Origin: an uncultured virus (IMG/VR IMGVR_UViG_3300035661_000052)
Lineage: Duplodnaviria > Heunggongvirae > Uroviricota > Caudoviricetes
Length of the DNA stretch: 20,000 nt
Virus record (IMG/VR): IMGVR_UViG_3300035661_000052
Direction: 5' to 3' (one strand)
The translations under genes and the position numbers were made by a program. Numbering within the stretch: position 1 is the first letter of the stretch; every line of letters begins with the position of its first letter. Shown here piece by piece: positions 16,810-20,000 of the stretch. The notes below the pieces were generated by a model. The model did no database searches. It saw only the letters and a program-made list of their open reading frames with translations, and had not been told where the DNA came from.

Positions 16810-17789
16810 AGATAAGATTGCCGGTATAAAATCTTTCTAATTGCTGGAAACTCTTGAAGAGGTAGCAACCACAACGCAGAGCCAAAGCTCAATCGTGAGG
16901 GTTTGAAAATGCTACTTTATAAGACAATCAGCAGCGAAGCCTCTTTAATATGAGGAACGTTCAACGACTATCCCGAAAGGGAGTAGGGACAACTGTCCCG
17001 AAACGGAAGAATCTAATAATCATTAACTCTAAAATTATGACAAGAACAATTTTAAGGCACTCAGCAAAGGTTAGAGAGTTGATGACAAAATCTACAGAAT
17101 TATACAAACAAGGAAATCCTAATCATTTCTACGTTTATCAACACCGTATTGGACATAGTATATTCTATGTTGGTATGGGCTCCCATGATAGAGCAGTTCG
17201 TGTTGCCGGACGTTCAGCGGCTTGGAATAACCTTGCAGATCTTGAACAAATCAATGTGATAATAATTTCAAATCTTACCAGCTGCGAGAAAGCTGATATT
17301 ATTGAGAAACAGCAGATTCAAATTTTTGATAAGGCAGTGAATACTCAACATTCCTTTGATAGAGGACATTGCTTTGATCCCATACTTCAATTCTCGAGAG
17401 ACGGAGAGTTGAGGGCTAAATATTTGAGCGCAACAGATGCGCAGTTATTAGGATTTAGTAATGGGTGTATTAGGGCGTGTTGTGATGGAACAAGAGGACT
17501 TCATAAGAATTTTATTTGGATGTATCAGAGTGATTATAACAAATTTGGTTTCCGACATACTGTCAAGCCAAATGAAGTTAAACTTATACAGCAGGTATCA
17601 TTAGATGGGCAAGTCATCAGAGAACTTTCACCAGCATCTGCTTTTAATCAATTTGGATTTACAACTAAGAATGTACAACAAGTTTGTACAGGACAAAAGA
17701 AATCACATGGAGGTTTTAGATTTAAGTATGTAGAAAATTAGATAAGATATAGTCTGATCTTACCAGTAATGGTAAGTTAACAAGAAATG
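16810..17789 (+). mobile_element. Group I self-splicing intron (IA2-like) with homing endonuclease
   Basis: P1 TACCGGT|A...TGCCGGTA with a U-G pair at the splice site. P (AATTGCTGGAAAC), Q (AATCAGCAGCG), R (GTTCAACGACTA) and S (AAGATATAGTCT) elements, P7.1/P7.2 hairpins, P9 TTACCA-GTAA-TGGTAA and terminal G at 17789. Splicing restores FTG-DPFQVPPV. Confidence 0.92.
17037..17741 (+). CDS. Intron-encoded GIY-YIG homing endonuclease with two NUMOD1-like domains
   Basis: FYVYQH...FYVGMG...R nuclease motif. C-terminal repeats PILQFSRDG...CC.G...F.W.Y and IQQVSLDG...VCTG..KSHGGFRFKY. Confidence 0.85.
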   Translation: MTRTILRHSAKVRELMTKSTELYKQGNPNHFYVYQHRIGHSIFYVGMGSHDRAVRVAGRSAAWNNLADLEQINVIIISNLTSCEKADIIEKQQIQIFDKAVNTQHSFDRGHCFDPILQFSRDGELRAKYLSATDAQLLGFSNGCIRACCDGTRGLHKNFIWMYQSDYNKFGFRHTVKPNEVKLIQQVSLDGQVIRELSPASAFNQFGFTTKNVQQVCTGQKKSHGGFRFKYVEN

Positions 17790-18704
17790 GATCCATTTCA
17801 GGTGCCGCCTGTGAAGCATGAAGACTGTATTCCATTCAGAAACTCAGTTGCCTGGGATTTGCCTACATGGCAACTCTCCAATATCATGCGGCAGAAAGAG
17901 GGTAATCCAATTATTGAGTTTGTAACCCTCATCAGGGACAACCCATTTGAAGAACACTATGATCCTAAAGAACACCTGCTGGATAATGGGACAGGGATCA
18001 GTCTTGTGGATGAAGGCAGCCAGAGAGAATCGGCATTGCTTAAAGAATTATTCACTGATCAGGCATTCAAGAAAGACTCTGACTTCATGAAAGTGATAGC
18101 CTGGAGAAATGCTACTGTGAATAAGTACAATGACATCATCCGGTCAATCATCTATCCTCAGCATGAACACCTGCTGAGGATTATGCAAGGTGAGAAGCTC
18201 ATCATGGAAAAGCCGTATGTCATCAATCCGCGATCGTTGCTTACAAAGAACGATGAGATAGAAGTGAAAACTGTCTCCACTCTTAACAAGCAGATCACCT
18301 GGACAGATGCTTATGGAATCTTTGACAATGCTAACTTCAAATTCTACCAGGTAGGCATTGAATGGTACACAGAGAGGGGCATGAAGCAGGGACACATCCC
18401 GATTATTCATGATGACTCTCTACCAGCTTTCGCTAAGCTGATTGACAGCCTGAAACAGATGGCCCTTTCAGCACCGGCAGACAAGCGCAGCCGGATGTGG
18501 AGGCAGTACTATAAGACCATCGGTGAATCCGCATGGACTAAGTACAACTACTCTATAACCACACATTTGTCTCAGGGAAGTACTTATAAACAGTCAATCG
18601 TCCTGCAGTGGGACATATTAGCTAACAAGAAAGTGAGCGAACGTAACAGGATACTGTATACAGCCTGTACGAGAGCTTCTGACACATTATTTATTGAAGC
18701 ATAA
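17790..18704 (+). CDS. dda: Dda/RecD-like SF1B helicase, exon 2 (spliced product about 481 aa)
   Basis: DPFQVPPV, IMRQ, AWRNATV, YSITTHLSQGSTY and LYTACTRA. Confidence 0.9.
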   Translation, partial: DPFQVPPVKHEDCIPFRNSVAWDLPTWQLSNIMRQKEGNPIIEFVTLIRDNPFEEHYDPKEHLLDNGTGISLVDEGSQRESALLKELFTDQAFKKDSDFMKVIAWRNATVNKYNDIIRSIIYPQHEHLLRIMQGEKLIMEKPYVINPRSLLTKNDEIEVKTVSTLNKQITWTDAYGIFDNANFKFYQVGIEWYTERGMKQGHIPIIHDDSLPAFAKLIDSLKQMALSAPADKRSRMWRQYYKTIGESAWTKYNYSITTHLSQGSTYKQSIVLQWDILANKKVSERNRILYTACTRASDTLFIEA

Positions 18705-18892
18705 CAGATCAACAACAAGTCGAGTATTTAGCAAGTCCTTTTCATTGTCCATATTGTAATAGCACTAATATTGATGCGGATACTGTTGAAATGAATGGTA
18801 CTGGAGGTATTTCTAAGATAACCTGTGCAGGGCTTGTCGAAGGAAAGGAATTTGAAAAATCGAATTTCAGCCCTTATTCCACAGCCAAATAG
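18701..18892 (+). pseudogene. Truncated Zn-ribbon gene fused to an attC-like sequence
   Basis: (ATA)TDQQQVEYLASPFHCPYCNSTNIDADTVEMNGTGGISKITC|AGLVEG...*. The second CxxC is cut after its first Cys. The start reads ATA where an ATGA overlap with the helicase stop would be expected. Confidence 0.55.
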
Positions 18893-18952
18893 CGTTACAA
18901 ATGTTCATAGCCTGTTCGTCCAGCCTTTCTTTTGCCAAACCGTTTGTTAGGC
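18817..18952 (+). mobile_element. attC-like (integron cassette) recombination site
   Basis: TAAC (18819-18822) ... GTTAGGC (18946-18952, fits GTTRRRY). Arms GGCTTGTCGAAGGAAAGG (18831-18848) and CCTTTCTTTTGCCAAACC (18924-18941) are complementary at 14/18 positions. Confidence 0.6.
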
Positions 18953-19014
18953 GTTGTTGTGGGTAGTTTAAGGTTCTCAATGGTCGCAATAAAAAAAAGA
19001 TTTTCAAAAATAAA

Positions 19015-19049
19015 TTTGTTCGTTTCAAATAGCTTCACTTATCTTCGCA
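19015..19049 (+). promoter_or_regulatory. Bacteroidota housekeeping promoter
   Basis: -33 TTTG (19015-19018), a 21-nt spacer, then -7 TATCTTCG(CA) (19040-19047), one mismatch to TAnnTTTG. Confidence 0.65.
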
Positions 19050-19081
19050 TAGCAATTAAGCAAAATTAAATTTTAAAGATT

Positions 19082-19705
19082 ATGGAAAAAATGACAATCC
19101 ACAGAGCATTATCAGAATTGAAACTGATTGATGCCAAAATTGAAAAGCAAATTAACGAAGTGCTGCCTTCTGGTATTTTACAGAAAGGAAAATTAGTTAA
19201 CGGTTACATTCAGGAAGCTGAATTTGAAAAATCGGCTAAATCAAAGTACGATTCAGTAAATGATTTGATTGACAGAAAAAACAAAATCAAATCTGCTATT
19301 GTAACTGCCAACGGCGTTACACAGGTAAAAGTTTCTGATAAGCAAATGACCATAGCCGATGCTATCAACTTCAAAGCGGTAATTAAGTTCAAAAAGAAAC
19401 TGATTGCAACCTTAAAGCAAAGGCACTTACAGGCTGTTGGTGAATTAAATAAACACAACGAAGCTGTAAACGCAAACGTACAAAGGATTTTGGAAGCAAC
19501 GTTTGGAAAGGAAAATGTAAAGGTTGGTAAAGAAGATGTTGAATCAGTTAGAAAGCCTTATATGGATGCAAACGAATTTCATTTGTTTGACCCTTTAAAA
19601 GTTGATGCTACTGTGGAAGCATTGGAAAAAGAAGTATCTGAATTTGAGGCAGAGGTTGATGCCGTTCTTTCTGAAATTAACGCAGTAACAATAATTGAGT
19701 TCTAA
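19082..19705 (+). CDS. Helical coiled-coil protein (DIP1984/septicolysin-like; function unknown) upstream of a structured RNA
   Basis: MTIHRALSELKLIDAKIEK...IKSAIVTAN...MTIADAI...LFDPL...EVDAVLSEINAVTIIEF. Confidence 0.85.
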   Translation: MEKMTIHRALSELKLIDAKIEKQINEVLPSGILQKGKLVNGYIQEAEFEKSAKSKYDSVNDLIDRKNKIKSAIVTANGVTQVKVSDKQMTIADAINFKAVIKFKKKLIATLKQRHLQAVGELNKHNEAVNANVQRILEATFGKENVKVGKEDVESVRKPYMDANEFHLFDPLKVDATVEALEKEVSEFEAEVDAVLSEINAVTIIEF

Positions 19706-19709
19706 AAAT

Positions 19710-20000
19710 AATTGATTGGCTGCCCGAAAATCTCAGACACTATTCCTGCCGCTCTAACAGGTAAAATTGAGCAACCTAATGTTAATAGGCAATCAACATT
19801 TAATCAATGTTTTCAAGGTTCAAGTCCTTGCTTCTCGTAAGAGATGTGGCGGAACTGGTAAACGCAATTGATAAAAAAAAACTGAAAAGTTTAAAGATGA
19901 ACGCTTAAAGATAAAAGGTTAAAATTTAAAGCTCTTTACGATTAAAGCTGAAAACGCAAAGTGTAAAGTTCTTTTGAATCTACGGTAAAAGTTTGATAAG
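19710..20000 (+). ncRNA. Structured RNA: tandem pseudoknots, circularly permuted tRNA-like domain and heptamer repeats (truncated by the window)
   Basis: PK1 at 19745-19772 and PK2 at 19775-19799. T-arm CAAGG-TTCAAGT-CCTTG, acceptor-like CTTCTC-GTAA-GAGATG, D-arm GCG-GAACTGGTAAA-CGC, anticodon-stem-like ATCAAT/ATTGAT, then GNTNAAA repeats. Confidence 0.75.
19889..19967 (+). repeat. 7-nt periodic GNTNAAA tract
   Basis: GTTTAAA GATGAAC GCTTAAA GATAAAA GGTTAAA ATTTAAA GCTCTTTAC GATTAAA GCTGAAA ACGCAAA GTGTAAA. Confidence 0.75.

Noticed and set aside
16950..17036. N-terminal extension of the homing endonuclease, and ATG 17787 as a separate helicase start
   Set aside because: 16950-17036 is intron core (R, P7.1, P7.2), and ATG 17037 is the better start. 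The G of ATG 17787-17789 is the terminal G of the intron.
19803..19872. Canonical tRNA gene or two-piece tmRNA
   Set aside because: The halves are in reversed order, with no anticodon loop and no CCA. The acceptor stem is closed by a tetraloop, and a D-stem is present, which tmRNA lacks.

Overview
This window looks like phage or prophage DNA from a Bacteroidota host, in a crAss-like style. The basis is AT-rich leaders without Shine-Dalgarno sites, TAnnTTTG-type promoters, and a family-A DNA polymerase, ATP-dependent ligase, Dda-like helicase and RepL-like gene. Bases 1-1266 hold leftward genes, including an Acb2/Tad1-like candidate anti-defence protein. From about 1946 an early/replication module runs rightward. 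The helicase is split by a group I intron (16810-17789) carrying a GIY-YIG/NUMOD1 homing endonuclease. Several small genes are broken by nonsense, frameshift or deletion lesions, among them a dNMP kinase remnant. Four signals are the most unusual. (1) At the right end, a cassette-like module follows an attC-like site that truncates a phage Zn-ribbon gene. It has its own promoter, a 207-aa helical protein and a downstream RNA with two tandem pseudoknots, a circularly permuted tRNA-like domain capped by a GNRA tetraloop, and a 7-nt periodic GNTNAAA tract that runs off the window. (2) A roughly 640-nt highly structured intergenic RNA candidate lies at 8480-9125. (3) A CAGCAG-core motif (TACACAGCAGATG) is strongly over-represented on both strands and clusters next to the RepL-like gene. 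(4) Two long-stem intergenic RNA elements occur. All calls are by eye; no database searches were run.
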